Notes: generated by a model not told the origin, from the letters alone. Positions 20,127 to 30,312 are shown, counted from the first letter of the stretch. The stretch: 32,000 nucleotides of DNA from Bacillus subtilis subsp. subtilis str. 168 (GCF_000009045.1 NC_000964.3:240001-272000); one strand, 5' to 3'. Numbers and translations are program-made.

Positions 20127-21535
20127 TTTGAATGAGTCATATCAGCAGCCGGCTGGCTTTTGCGGTTTTTTACATAATATATTGCATAGCAAATGGCCAT
20201 AAATGGAACGCCGCAATAGAGTGCGATTCTTTGATTCGGATCAAAGGCAATGCCAACGACGGAAGCCAGGCATAACAGGAACGCAGCAATCGGCACGAAC
20301 GGATACAAAGGGGTTCTGTATTTCAAATCAGTAACCTTGTTTCCCGCTTCGATATAACGTTTTCTGAACATGAATTGAGAAGCAGCGATTCCCATCCACA
20401 CGACAACGACGGCAAAACCGGAAATCGACACGAGCACAACGTATACAGTGTCTGGCGCAAATACGCTGGACAGCAACGACAGAATGCCGCCGATCATGCT
20501 GAACACCAGCGCGTTAAAAGGGGTTCCTTTTGACGTCAGCTTTGCAAATGTCGGATGAAGCGTTTTTTCTTTTGATAAAGACCACAGCATCCGGGAAGAA
20601 GCGTAGAGTCCGGAATTAGCCGCTGACAGGATCGCTGTCAGGATAACAAAGTTCATGATATCGGCTGCGTATGGTACACCGACTCTGTCAAAGACAGCGA
20701 CAAACGGGCTTTTGATGACACCTGCATCTTGAATCGGAATCAGCCCTGACAGCACAAAAATTGTTCCGACAAAGAAGAGCGAGAGACGCCAGACCGTTGT
20801 TTTTATCGCTTTTGGTATCGTCTTGTCAGGATCAACGCTTTCACCGGCTGCGATTCCGATTAGTTCCGTTCCCGAAAAGGCAAAATTGACGGACAGCATC
20901 GTCATCAAAATCGGGACAAATCCATTGGGAAAAAGCCCGCCTTCCGCCGTGAAGTTGGACAGCATCGGAGCGGCTTCTCCGCCTTTGATCGGGATGATGC
21001 CGAACATGGCAGAGCCGCCTAAAAGAATAAATAATACAATGGCTAATACTTTGATGCTGGAAAACCAAAATTCTGATTCAGCGAAAAACTTGACCGAAAA
21101 TGCGTTAAGCAAGAAGATGAACAGCGCAAAGACGGCACTCCACATCCAAACCGATGTATGGGGGAACCAGCGCTGCATTAACAGGCCGGCTGCTGTGAAT
21201 TCTGATCCCAATGCCACGGTCCATGTCAGCCAATACAGCCAAGCGACCGTAAATCCGGTGCCCGGCCCTATGTATTTGGCTGCATAGGTGTGAAAGGCGC
21301 CGGTCACAGGCATGGCGACTGACAGCTCACCGAGGCATAGCATGACCAGATAGACGATGCCGGCCCCGACTAAGTAGGCGAGTATCGTTCCGGCCGGGCC
21401 TGCTTGCTGAATGGTATAACCTGAGCTTAAAAACAGCCCGGTTCCGATGACACCTCCCAAGGAAAGCATAAAGAGGTGCCGGCTTTTCATACTTCTCTGA
21501 AAGGTTGTCTCATTCTTGTTGTGGGCAGAGTTCAT
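20123..21535 (-). CDS. ybgF: APC-family amino acid permease
   Basis: 470 aa; [16 protein letters not shown] and [15 protein letters not shown] motifs, 12 TM pattern. Confidence 0.9.
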
Positions 21536-21576
21536 CTTTTTCCAACTTTCTATCAGCGATTTATTTCCTTCCTAAT

Positions 21577-21607
21577 AAAAAATCTCATGTCAGAAAGTGA
21601 CACGAGA
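21577..21607 (-). terminator. Terminator-type hairpin between mmuM and ybgF
   Basis: Minus strand TCTCGTGTCActttcTGACATGAGATTTTTT. Confidence 0.8.
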
Positions 21608-21630
21608 CTCCGGCGAACCGGCTTTAAGTT

Positions 21631-21659
21631 AGAATATACAAACTATTCCGATAAGTCAA
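21631..21659 (-). promoter_or_regulatory. SigA-type promoter for ybgF, overlapping mmuM stop codon
   Basis: Minus strand TTGACT (21659-21654), 17-nt spacer, TATTCT (21636-21631). Confidence 0.55.
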
Positions 21660-22603
21660 GTTGTTTTTAAAGAGCGGGCCCAAGCCGCAATTTCTTGAAT
21701 ATTTTCGGGTTTTGTCCGGCAGCAGCCGCCAATCAGCCTCGCTCCTTTTTCATGCCAGGTGCGGGCGCTCGCCCCGTAAGATTCTGCGCATGCTGCGCCG
21801 TTCCACGTTTTTGTTTCCGGATCATATTGCTCACCTGAATTCGGGTAGACAATGATCGGTTTTGACGTGTTCTTTTTTAACTCCTCTATCAAGGAAGGGA
21901 TATGCTGAAGCGGCGTGCAGTTGATGCCGAGTGCTGCAATTTGGCGGTGTTCATCAAGCCACGATGCGCAGTCAGCTGCAGGTGTTCCGTCACTGATATG
22001 CAAGCCGTCTTTAGCACTGAAGCTGATCCATGCATACGTTTCAGGAAATTCCTTCAACAGCCGAACAATCGCTTTGGCTTCAGTCAGACACGGAATCGTT
22101 TCGCATGCCAATACATCAGCTCCGGCTTCAATCAGCGCCTTCATCCGGGGGCGATGAAATTCAATCAGTTCATCTTCTGATATTGCGTAGTTGCCGCGAT
22201 ACTCAGACCCGTCTGCAAGATAAGCGCCATAAGGGCCTATAGAAGCCGCAATGATCGGTTTTGGCCGATTCAAACGGTTCTCTTCAAGCGACCAAAATTC
22301 ATCACGTGCTTCAGCTGCGATGCTGACGGACAACTCGATGAGCCGGCGTGCTTCCGCTTCGCTCAGCCCGCGTGCGGCAAAGCCTTCAAATGTAGACTGA
22401 TAGCTGGCGGTGATTGCACAATCGGCGCCTGCCGCAAAATAATCAGTATGAACTTGTTTAATCAGCTCCGGCTCTTCCATCAGGATTTTTGCCGACCACA
22501 GACTGTCATTCAAATTACAGCCCTTGCGTTCAAGCTCGGTCGCCATGGCGCCGTCTAGCACAATAAGCGGGTATGTATCTAATATGTGTTGGATAGGATT
22601 CAT
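21656..22603 (-). CDS. mmuM: Homocysteine S-methyltransferase
   Basis: 315 aa; LDGAMATELERKG and zinc site motif GGCCRTKPENI (YbgG). Confidence 0.92.
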   Translation of the reverse strand: MNPIQHILDTYPLIVLDGAMATELERKGCNLNDSLWSAKILMEEPELIKQVHTDYFAAGADCAITASYQSTFEGFAARGLSEAEARRLIELSVSIAAEARDEFWSLEENRLNRPKPIIAASIGPYGAYLADGSEYRGNYAISEDELIEFHRPRMKALIEAGADVLACETIPCLTEAKAIVRLLKEFPETYAWISFSAKDGLHISDGTPAADCASWLDEHRQIAALGINCTPLQHIPSLIEELKKNTSKPIIVYPNSGEQYDPETKTWNGAACAESYGASARTWHEKGARLIGGCCRTKPENIQEIAAWARSLKTT

Positions 22604-22651
22604 AGAATGTACCGATGCCTTCTTTCAGATTTTTTTGAAAAAGATATGAAA

Positions 22652-22680
22652 ATCGTAATGGAGGCTTACGTGTTTGTCAA
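22652..22680 (-). promoter_or_regulatory. SigA-type promoter upstream of mmuM
   Basis: Minus strand TTGACA, 17-nt spacer, TACGAT. Confidence 0.6.
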
Positions 22681-22694
22681 TAAACGCAAAAAGA

Positions 22695-22731
22695 GAAAGG
22701 TGTTCAGCCCATATGTCTGAACACCCTTTTC
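22695..22731 (-). terminator. Terminator at the end of glsA1-glnT
   Basis: TGTTCAGcccatatgtCTGAACA stem flanked by AAAGG and CCCTTTT. Confidence 0.8.
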
Positions 22732-24168
22732 TTATGATATTTGTTTGTTGTGCGTGTCAGTCTTTGTGTCTGAAACCGGCCAGCACTCAATGCCATTATG
22801 GTTTTTGAGCACATCTTTATAAAAGACCGGATCCTTGCCTGCTTTTTTCTGGCGTGTATAGTCTTTCAGCGCCGTAAAAACGACCTTTGATAGTAAGAAA
22901 ATCGCGATTAAATTCACGATGACCATCAAACCCATGAACAAATCAGCAAGATCCCAGACGAGCTGGACTTTGGCAACACAGCCAAACACGATCATTGCCA
23001 GCACGCCGATACGGTAGACAAAAATCAGTTTTTTGCTTTTGTTCAAAAAGCCGATATTGGTTTCGCCATAATAATAGTTTCCAATTAGAGCACAGAATCC
23101 GAATAACAAAATCAGAATCGCGAGAAAGCCTGATGCCCATGATCCGACATGGGAGCTGAGGGAGGCTTGTGTCAAGGCGATTCCGCTCAGACCCGGAGTA
23201 TGATAGGCATCCGAAAACAGAATGATAAAAGCGGTGCTTGTACAAATGACCAGTGTATCTGTCAGTACACCAAAAGCTTGGATCAGCCCCTGTTTGACGG
23301 GATGGCTTGTTGTGGCGGTGGCAGCGGCATTTGGTGCGCTTCCCATTCCCGCTTCGTTTGAAAAGATTCCCCGTCTGACGCCTTGCATGAGTGCCGCGCC
23401 CAAAGCCCCGCCGGCGGCCTGGTCAAAACCAAACGCATTTTTCACGATTAGCGCAAGCACACCTGGCAGCTGCGTAATGTTGGAGAAAATGACGAAAAAC
23501 GCAACTCCGATATACAGGACAGCCAATACGACGACAATGGATTCAGCCAGCTTTGCAATGCGCTTGACTCCGCCAAAAATAATCGTGCCGAATACAGCAA
23601 TTAAAATGAGTCCCAATGTCAGGCGGTTTGTGCCAAACGCGTTTTCAAAGGCAAGGCTGACTGTATTGGATTGAACCGAGTTGAAGACGATACCGAACGA
23701 TAAGGTGATTAACACAGCGAACAGCGCGCCCATCCACCTTTTGTTCAGCCCTTTTTCCATGTAATACGCCGGCCCGCCGCGGAAGCCGTTTACATCTTTT
23801 ACTTTATAAATCTGAGCCAGTGTGCTTTCCACAAAGCTGGATGCTGATCCGATAATGGCGATAATCCACATCCAGAAGATTGCACCGGGCCCGCCGAGTG
23901 CAATGGCGATAGCAATGCCCGTAATATTTCCCGTTCCGACACGGGCCGCCATGCTGATGCAAAAGGCTTGAAACGGAGAAATGCTGTTTTTTGACCGGGA
24001 AGCAGCACCTTCTCTTAATACCCTGACCATTTCTTTCAGCATGCGAACCTGTAAAAACTTAAGCCTGAACGTAAAATAGATTCCAAAAGAAAGGAGCAAA
24101 ACAATTAATAGCTTTGACCACAAAAGATCATTTGCAATACCGACGATATGTTCTAGGATTTGCTGCAT
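22732..24168 (-). CDS. glnT: Sodium:alanine/glutamine symporter family (AGCS)
   Basis: 478 aa; GGPAYYMEKGLNKRW and EAGMGSAPNAAATA motifs (YbgH). Confidence 0.9.
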   Translation of the reverse strand: MQQILEHIVGIANDLLWSKLLIVLLLSFGIYFTFRLKFLQVRMLKEMVRVLREGAASRSKNSISPFQAFCISMAARVGTGNITGIAIAIALGGPGAIFWMWIIAIIGSASSFVESTLAQIYKVKDVNGFRGGPAYYMEKGLNKRWMGALFAVLITLSFGIVFNSVQSNTVSLAFENAFGTNRLTLGLILIAVFGTIIFGGVKRIAKLAESIVVVLAVLYIGVAFFVIFSNITQLPGVLALIVKNAFGFDQAAGGALGAALMQGVRRGIFSNEAGMGSAPNAAATATTSHPVKQGLIQAFGVLTDTLVICTSTAFIILFSDAYHTPGLSGIALTQASLSSHVGSWASGFLAILILLFGFCALIGNYYYGETNIGFLNKSKKLIFVYRIGVLAMIVFGCVAKVQLVWDLADLFMGLMVIVNLIAIFLLSKVVFTALKDYTRQKKAGKDPVFYKDVLKNHNGIECWPVSDTKTDTHNKQIS

Positions 24169-24190
24169 AGAATCACCTCTTTTTTCATGT

Positions 24191-25174
24191 TTAAAAAATG
24201 CTGAGCTCCCATTCCTGCGCCATATGCTTCAGCAGCATACCGCCAGTGAGGCTGTTGCCGTATTCATCAATGGCAGGCCCGTAAATGCCGATGCCGCATC
24301 CGGATTGAAAAGGCTGTTCTCTTCTGGCGCTTGGAGGCACCAGCGCCATGATGCCGCCGGAGACGCCGCTTTTGGCCGGCACGCCGACAAACGCCGCATA
24401 TTTGCCTGAAGCGTTGTACATGCCGCACGTCAGCATTAATGCCTTGGCCAATTTTGCCACATCTTTTGGAATCACCTGCTCGTGTCGAATCGGATGATAC
24501 CCGTCATGAGCAAGGATCAGGCCGATCAACGCAATATCTTCTGTAGTGCTCTCCATAGCGCATTGCTTCAAGTACACCTCAAGTGTTTCTTCTACTTCAG
24601 CTTCTAAAAAGTTTGTTTCTTTTAAATAGTAGGCCAGCGCTCTGTTGCGGTGGGCGGTTTCCCATTCAGAACGGAATACTTCTTCATGAATTCTTGGCCG
24701 TTTTCCTATCAAAGTTTCCATCACCGAGTAAAGAAACTCGAGCTTTTCGTATGCAGATTCTCCGGGAAGGATCGAAGCGATGGTGAGGGCACCCGCGTTG
24801 ATCATGGGATTGAAGGGCTTTCCCGGCTTGTTGATTTCGAGCCGAATGATTGAATTAAAGGCGTCACCTGTCGGCTCGACATCTACGCGGTCAAGCACAT
24901 AGGGAATGCCGCGGCTCATGCAGGCGGCAATAAAGCTAATCACTTTTGAAATGCTTTGCATGGTAAAAGAGACGTTCCAGTCGCCGGCGTGTATCATCGT
25001 TCCATCAGGCTCCAATACACAGATGCCGAGCTGTGAATCATTGACTTTTCCTAAAGCGGGGATATAGTTTGCGCTTTGTCCATTGGCGGCAAAAGGGCGA
25101 TAGTATTCAACCCAATCATGAAGCTGTAACGCCGGGTTTATGTCTTTCTGGTGCTCTTTTATCAATTCTTTCAT
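24191..25174 (-). CDS. glsA1: Glutaminase
   Basis: 327 aa from ATG 25174 with GAGGAGG upstream; Ser-x-x-Lys motif SISK, MINAGAL, YNASGKYAAFVGVPAKSGVSGGI (YbgJ). Confidence 0.93.
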   Translation of the reverse strand: MKELIKEHQKDINPALQLHDWVEYYRPFAANGQSANYIPALGKVNDSQLGICVLEPDGTMIHAGDWNVSFTMQSISKVISFIAACMSRGIPYVLDRVDVEPTGDAFNSIIRLEINKPGKPFNPMINAGALTIASILPGESAYEKLEFLYSVMETLIGKRPRIHEEVFRSEWETAHRNRALAYYLKETNFLEAEVEETLEVYLKQCAMESTTEDIALIGLILAHDGYHPIRHEQVIPKDVAKLAKALMLTCGMYNASGKYAAFVGVPAKSGVSGGIMALVPPSARREQPFQSGCGIGIYGPAIDEYGNSLTGGMLLKHMAQEWELSIF

Positions 25175-25301
25175 CGAATTCCTCCTCACTGATTTTTTTC
25201 TTAAAGGACTGAGGTGTATCAAAACGAAGGCTAAGGGGGCGTTAAACGCTTTCATAATAGCGGAAGGTATAATTACTGTATAATGGAGACTACAGAATCA
25301 T

Positions 25302-25317
25302 ACAAAATACGACAAAA
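25302..25317 (-). promoter_or_regulatory. GlnL-type direct repeat operator upstream of glsA1-glnT
   Basis: Minus strand TTTTGT-CGTA-TTTTGT, exact match to the TTTTGT-N4-TTTTGT repeat described for GlnL. Confidence 0.75.
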
Positions 25318-25322
25318 ACATT

Positions 25323-26708
25323 TTGAAAATAAGCAGTAAGATTTATAAAAACCTCATGTTCTGGGTCAAAAGCAATTTGCAGGTTTTCTCCCGATTCCCC
25401 AAAATAAAAAGCGAGGATGTGATCAACATAAAACTGGAACGGTTTATTGAAAAAGACGGATATATACTGGCCCTCATGCTGATTACGGTGCCGCTGGCCG
25501 GTGAACTGAAATTTTATCCCCTCAATGAAGAATTCCGGGTCAGCTTTGGGGCACCGGTTTTTTTCTTCTTTTTATCATTGTTGCGGCATGTGCCCGCTGT
25601 GCTGCCGGGTTTTCTGACTGGAGCGGCTGTTTTCATCTTTCGCGTCTTTCTGGAATTATGGGGCGGAGGACACAATGGGCTGACTCCGATTCTGTATGAT
25701 CAAGCGTCTGGCTTTTTCTTTTATATGACTTACGCCTGTCTGTTTTCCATATTAAAGGCCAATCGTTTCCGTGAACGGCCGATTATGCTCGGTTTCATTG
25801 GGTTTATGATTGAAGTTGTGTCAGATTGTGTCGAGCTAACTGTGCAATTTCTCATTTTTCATACGGTTGTCACGCCTGAGAAAATCACTGACATTGCGGT
25901 GATTGCGATTTCTCACACATTTATTGTGATGAGCTTTTATAGTGTGCTGAAGCTGTATGAAACACAATCGAGAGAAAAACAGACAAGGCAGCAGCACGAG
26001 CACATGCTGATGATCGTTTCCAATTTATATGAAGAAACGGTGCACCTAAAAAAGACATTGAAAACGACAGAGAAAGTGACAAACGATTCGTATCAGCTCT
26101 ATCGGGAAATGAAGGGCAAGGATGTTCAGCTGAGCGGCAGAATCCTGAGACTGGCCGGAGAGATTCATGAAGTGAAAAAGGACAACCAGCGGATATTCGC
26201 AGGGCTTTCAAAACTGATTTCGAATGAGAGTTTGAGAGATTATATGAGGGCTTCTGATTTGCTGCAGCTCGTGATTCGAATGAATGAAAAGTACGCTGAA
26301 GCACTAGGGAAGCAGATTGATTTTTACTGCTCGATCGAGGGAGAGCATGACGAATATCACGTATTTATCGTGCTTTCGATCATTAATAATCTAACAGCAA
26401 ATGCGGTAGAGGCTATGGATGAAGAGGGAATGGTCAGCCTGAGGCTCCGTAAGCCAAATGAGAGTATGGTAGAATTCCAGGTGGAAGACAATGGCCCCGG
26501 GATTTCCGAGAAAATCGGAGACATTGTGTTTGACCCGGGCTTTACTTCAAAATATGACGAATTTGGCACGCCTTCTACGGGTATCGGACTTTCCTACGTA
26601 AAGGAAATCGTGACAGAGCTAGAAGGGGATATCACGTTTGATAATCAGCAGCGGGGAGTGGTGTTTGCCATCAGGCTGCCTGTCCGGCATTTGATTCAGA
26701 AAGGGTGA
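25323..26708 (+). CDS. glnK: Sensor histidine kinase of the glutamine-responsive two-component system (start codon uncertain)
   Basis: Multi-TM N-terminus; ATPase motifs NNLTANAVEAMDEEG, VEDNGPG, GTPSTGIGLSYVKEI (YcbA). Confidence 0.88.
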   Translation: MKISSKIYKNLMFWVKSNLQVFSRFPKIKSEDVINIKLERFIEKDGYILALMLITVPLAGELKFYPLNEEFRVSFGAPVFFFFLSLLRHVPAVLPGFLTGAAVFIFRVFLELWGGGHNGLTPILYDQASGFFFYMTYACLFSILKANRFRERPIMLGFIGFMIEVVSDCVELTVQFLIFHTVVTPEKITDIAVIAISHTFIVMSFYSVLKLYETQSREKQTRQQHEHMLMIVSNLYEETVHLKKTLKTTEKVTNDSYQLYREMKGKDVQLSGRILRLAGEIHEVKKDNQRIFAGLSKLISNESLRDYMRASDLLQLVIRMNEKYAEALGKQIDFYCSIEGEHDEYHVFIVLSIINNLTANAVEAMDEEGMVSLRLRKPNESMVEFQVEDNGPGISEKIGDIVFDPGFTSKYDEFGTPSTGIGLSYVKEIVTELEGDITFDNQQRGVVFAIRLPVRHLIQKG

Positions 26709-26718
26709 ACCAAAAGCT

Positions 26719-27663
26719 ATGCGTTTTTTTATTGCAGATGATGACCGTGCGGTGCGGTCAATTTTAAGGCAGATCATTGAGGACGAAGATCTCGGGGAAG
26801 CTGCTGGTGAAGCAGACGACGGAAGCCAAGTGGAAGGGCATATGCTGCAATTTAAGCAGATTGATATTTTATTAATCGATCTGTTAATGCCCGGAAGAGA
26901 CGGCATTGAGACGATTCGTCAGATCCAGAATACGTACTCCGGCAAAATCGTAATGATCTCTCAAGTGGAGGCGAAGGAAATGGTCGGGGAAGCGTACTCG
27001 CTCGGCATCGAATATTTTATCCATAAGCCGATTAACCGCATTGAAATTGTCACGGTTCTCCAAAAGGTGAAGGAGCGGATCGAGCTTGAACACTCGATTG
27101 GAGCCATTCAGCATTCTCTAAGCCGGCTTGTCAATCGGACTGAACGGAAAGCGCGTCCCCAGCAGAAGAGTGACAGCGGTTTAAAAGAGGCAGGAACATT
27201 CCTGTTGTCCGAGCTGGGCATGATGGGAGAAGGCGGCGCACATGATCTCATGGCGGTCCTGCAGTATTTAGCAGAACACGAGCAATCCGAGCCGCACGAA
27301 AAACAAAGCCCTTCGCTAAAACAAATATTCACCCAAGTAGCGGTACGGAAGCTGGGGACAGGAGCCTCACAGACGGAAGTCAATCGCGAAATGAAAGCCT
27401 CGGAGCAGCGTATCCGCAGAGCGATTATTCATTCGCTGCACCATTTTGCTTCACTGGGCACAACTGATTTTTCGAATCCAAAATTTGAAACCTATGCATC
27501 GAAATTCTTTGATTTTCCGGTTGTCAGCCAGAAAATGAAAGAACTCCAATCCAAGGATGCAAAACCCCTTGCACCTGCTAGAATAAATATGAAAAAATTC
27601 ATCCACGTGTTTTTTTTGGAAGCAAAGCTTTTGCATGAGACGATGAAACAAAGAAGGATATAA
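26719..27663 (+). CDS. glnL: Response regulator GlnL with REC domain and unusual C-terminal domain
   Basis: 314 aa; FFIADDDRAVRSILRQII...DILLIDLLMPGRDGIETI receiver motifs (YcbB). Confidence 0.92.
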   Translation: MRFFIADDDRAVRSILRQIIEDEDLGEAAGEADDGSQVEGHMLQFKQIDILLIDLLMPGRDGIETIRQIQNTYSGKIVMISQVEAKEMVGEAYSLGIEYFIHKPINRIEIVTVLQKVKERIELEHSIGAIQHSLSRLVNRTERKARPQQKSDSGLKEAGTFLLSELGMMGEGGAHDLMAVLQYLAEHEQSEPHEKQSPSLKQIFTQVAVRKLGTGASQTEVNREMKASEQRIRRAIIHSLHHFASLGTTDFSNPKFETYASKFFDFPVVSQKMKELQSKDAKPLAPARINMKKFIHVFFLEAKLLHETMKQRRI

Positions 27664-27667
27664 ACCA

Positions 27668-27697
27668 AACAGCCGGCTGACCAGGCTGTTTTTTTGC
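27668..27697 (+). terminator. Terminator after glnKL
   Basis: AACAGCCggctgaccaGGCTGTTTTTTT. Confidence 0.8.
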
Positions 27698-27761
27698 TGC
27701 GCAGAATCCCGGCCGGACAGTGATTTACCGCTTTTTTATAAAATATCAGAAAATAAAGATA

Positions 27762-27789
27762 TTGACTTATTGTTTATTTGTCTTACAAT
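27762..27789 (+). promoter_or_regulatory. SigA-type promoter of the glucarate operon
   Basis: TTGACT, 16-nt spacer, TACAAT. Confidence 0.6.
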
Positions 27790-27820
27790 TAAACAAAAGG
27801 ATATATGGGAAGGAGCGGAT

Positions 27821-27874
27821 GTGAAAGAAAAATTAATAAAAGCGCTTACAGATAGAGGCCGTATACACAAATAA
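27821..27874 (+). CDS. Putative 17-aa small ORF or leader peptide upstream of kdgD
   Basis: GAAGGAG RBS then GTG AAA GAA AAA TTA ATA AAA GCG CTT ACA GAT AGA GGC CGT ATA CAC AAA TAA. Confidence 0.35.
   Translation: MKEKLIKALTDRGRIHK
27837..27850 (+). promoter_or_regulatory. cre-like site downstream of the glucarate operon promoter
   Basis: TAAAAGCGCTTACA, 13/14 match to TGWAANCGNTNWCA. Confidence 0.7.
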
Positions 27875-27889
27875 CAGGAGGTTATGTTG

Positions 27890-28816
27890 ATGAGCCGTAT
27901 CAGAAAAGCACCCGCTGGAATTTTAGGTTTTCCGGTTGCTCCTTTTAACACACAAGGAAAACTGGAGGAAGAAGCTCTTTTTCAAAACATTGAGTTTTTG
28001 CTGAATGAGGGCTTGGAAGCGATATTTATCGCTTGCGGGTCTGGTGAATTCCAATCTCTCAGCCAGAAGGAATATGAGCAAATGGTGGAAGTCGCAGTCT
28101 CGGCAGCCGGAGGAAAGGTGCCGGTCTACACGGGGGTGGGCGGCAACCTCAGCACAGCGCTTGATTGGGCGCAGCTGTCGGAGAAAAAAGGCGCCGACGG
28201 CTACTTGATTCTGCCTCCGTATTTGGTGCATGGCGAACAGGAGGGGCTGTACCAGTATGCGAAAACGATTATTGAAAGCACTGACTTGAACGCGATTCTT
28301 TATCAGCGCGATAACGCAGTTCTCTCTGTTGAACAGATCAAACGTCTGACCGAATGTGAACAGCTTGTCGGTGTCAAAGACGGGGTAGGAAATATGGATT
28401 TGAATATCAATCTCGTCTATACGATCGGCGACCGCTTGGGATGGCTCAACGGAATGCCGATGGCTGAAGTGACGATGCCGGCTTATCTGCCGATCGGGTT
28501 CCACTCTTACTCTTCAGCGATTTCAAATTATATCCCGCATATTTCGCGAATGTTCTATGATGCATTGAAAAACGGAAATGACGAGCTTGTGAAGGAACTC
28601 TATCGGCATGTGATTCTGCCGATCAACGACATTCGCAAACAACGAAAAGGCTACGCCGTATCCTTGATTAAAGCCGGTATGGAAATCATGGGTTTGAATG
28701 TAAGGAATACAGCCAGACCGCCTGTCGGCCCGGTTGAAAAAGATCATTATCAGCAATTGGAAGCAATTTTGAAGCAGGCGGCTGACCGTTTTCCGAAAAA
28801 AGCCGCGACGGTTTGA
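27890..28816 (+). CDS. kdgD: 5-dehydro-4-deoxyglucarate dehydratase
   Basis: 308 aa from ATG 27890, AGGAGG 8 nt upstream; DHDPS/NAL-family motifs [15 protein letters not shown] and [11 protein letters not shown] (YcbC). Confidence 0.9.
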   Translation: MSRIRKAPAGILGFPVAPFNTQGKLEEEALFQNIEFLLNEGLEAIFIACGSGEFQSLSQKEYEQMVEVAVSAAGGKVPVYTGVGGNLSTALDWAQLSEKKGADGYLILPPYLVHGEQEGLYQYAKTIIESTDLNAILYQRDNAVLSVEQIKRLTECEQLVGVKDGVGNMDLNINLVYTIGDRLGWLNGMPMAEVTMPAYLPIGFHSYSSAISNYIPHISRMFYDALKNGNDELVKELYRHVILPINDIRKQRKGYAVSLIKAGMEIMGLNVRNTARPPVGPVEKDHYQQLEAILKQAADRFPKKAATV

Positions 28817-28845
28817 CCAGAAAAAACACGAAAGGGGCAATGGGC

Positions 28846-30312
28846 ATGTCTGTGATCACGGAACAAAACACGTACCTCAACTTTATTAACGGAGAGTGGG
28901 TTAAGTCTCAATCAGGCGATATGGTCAAAGTCGAAAACCCTGCCGATGTGAATGATATTGTCGGATATGTACAGAATTCAACGGCTGAAGATGTGGAACG
29001 TGCCGTCACCGCCGCCAATGAAGCCAAAACGGCTTGGAGAAAGCTGACGGGTGCCGAGCGCGGCCAATACTTATACAAAACAGCGGATATCATGGAGCAG
29101 CGCTTGGAGGAAATCGCCGCCTGTGCAACGCGTGAAATGGGTAAAACATTGCCGGAAGCGAAGGGAGAAACAGCCCGGGGGATTGCCATTCTGCGCTATT
29201 ACGCCGGAGAGGGCATGCGAAAAACGGGTGACGTCATTCCGTCTACTGACAAAGACGCGCTCATGTTTACCACCCGTGTTCCGCTCGGTGTGGTCGGTGT
29301 GATTTCTCCGTGGAACTTCCCAGTGGCGATTCCGATTTGGAAAATGGCGCCGGCATTGGTATACGGCAATACCGTTGTCATCAAACCGGCGACAGAAACA
29401 GCTGTGACATGCGCGAAGATCATTGCCTGCTTTGAGGAAGCGGGGCTCCCGGCAGGGGTCATCAATTTGGTGACAGGCCCGGGTTCTGTTGTCGGGCAGG
29501 GGCTTGCTGAGCATGACGGTGTAAACGCCGTTACGTTTACCGGTTCAAATCAAGTCGGAAAAATCATCGGGCAAGCCGCTTTAGCGAGGGGAGCCAAATA
29601 TCAGCTTGAGATGGGCGGCAAAAACCCTGTCATCGTAGCTGATGACGCTGACCTTGAAGCTGCGGCAGAAGCTGTCATAACGGGGGCCTTCCGTTCAACC
29701 GGCCAGAAATGCACCGCGACAAGCCGTGTCATCGTACAAAGCGGAATTTACGAGCGCTTTAAAGAAAAACTGCTCCAGCGCACAAAAGATATTACAATCG
29801 GAGACAGCTTAAAAGAGGATGTCTGGATGGGACCGATAGCCAGCAAGAATCAGCTTGATAACTGCCTGTCATACATTGAGAAAGGCAAACAGGAGGGCGC
29901 TTCCCTTTTAATAGGAGGAGAAAAGCTGGAGAACGGAAAGTATCAAAACGGCTATTATGTTCAGCCTGCCATCTTTGACAATGTGACATCTGAGATGACA
30001 ATTGCCCAGGAGGAAATTTTCGGTCCGGTGATCGCCTTGATCAAGGTGGACTCGATAGAGGAGGCGCTGAACATCGCCAATGATGTGAAGTTCGGTTTAA
30101 GTGCATCCATCTTCACGGAAAACATCGGCCGAATGCTTTCTTTCATTGATGAAATCGATGCCGGGCTGGTTCGGATCAATGCAGAAAGCGCAGGTGTTGA
30201 GCTGCAGGCGCCTTTTGGCGGCATGAAGCAGTCGAGCTCCCACTCCCGAGAACAGGGTGAGGCAGCGAAGGACTTTTTCACAGCGATCAAAACTGTTTTT
30301 GTGAAGCCGTAA
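28846..30312 (+). CDS. gucD: Aldehyde dehydrogenase (alpha-ketoglutarate semialdehyde dehydrogenase type)
   Basis: 488 aa from ATG 28846; ALDH motifs [11 protein letters not shown] and [13 protein letters not shown] (YcbD). Confidence 0.9.
   Translation: MSVITEQNTYLNFINGEWVKSQSGDMVKVENPADVNDIVGYVQNSTAEDVERAVTAANEAKTAWRKLTGAERGQYLYKTADIMEQRLEEIAACATREMGKTLPEAKGETARGIAILRYYAGEGMRKTGDVIPSTDKDALMFTTRVPLGVVGVISPWNFPVAIPIWKMAPALVYGNTVVIKPATETAVTCAKIIACFEEAGLPAGVINLVTGPGSVVGQGLAEHDGVNAVTFTGSNQVGKIIGQAALARGAKYQLEMGGKNPVIVADDADLEAAAEAVITGAFRSTGQKCTATSRVIVQSGIYERFKEKLLQRTKDITIGDSLKEDVWMGPIASKNQLDNCLSYIEKGKQEGASLLIGGEKLENGKYQNGYYVQPAIFDNVTSEMTIAQEEIFGPVIALIKVDSIEEALNIANDVKFGLSASIFTENIGRMLSFIDEIDAGLVRINAESAGVELQAPFGGMKQSSSHSREQGEAAKDFFTAIKTVFVKP

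Noticed and set aside
20823-21287. 154-aa plus-strand ORF opposite ybgF
   Set aside because: Antisense shadow of the permease gene, no RBS or family features
27923-28504. 193-aa minus-strand ORF opposite kdgD
   Set aside because: Shadow ORF of a well-supported enzyme gene; His/Arg-rich, no family features
29071-29514. 147-aa minus-strand ORF opposite gucD
   Set aside because: Cys/Arg-rich shadow ORF antisense to aldehyde dehydrogenase
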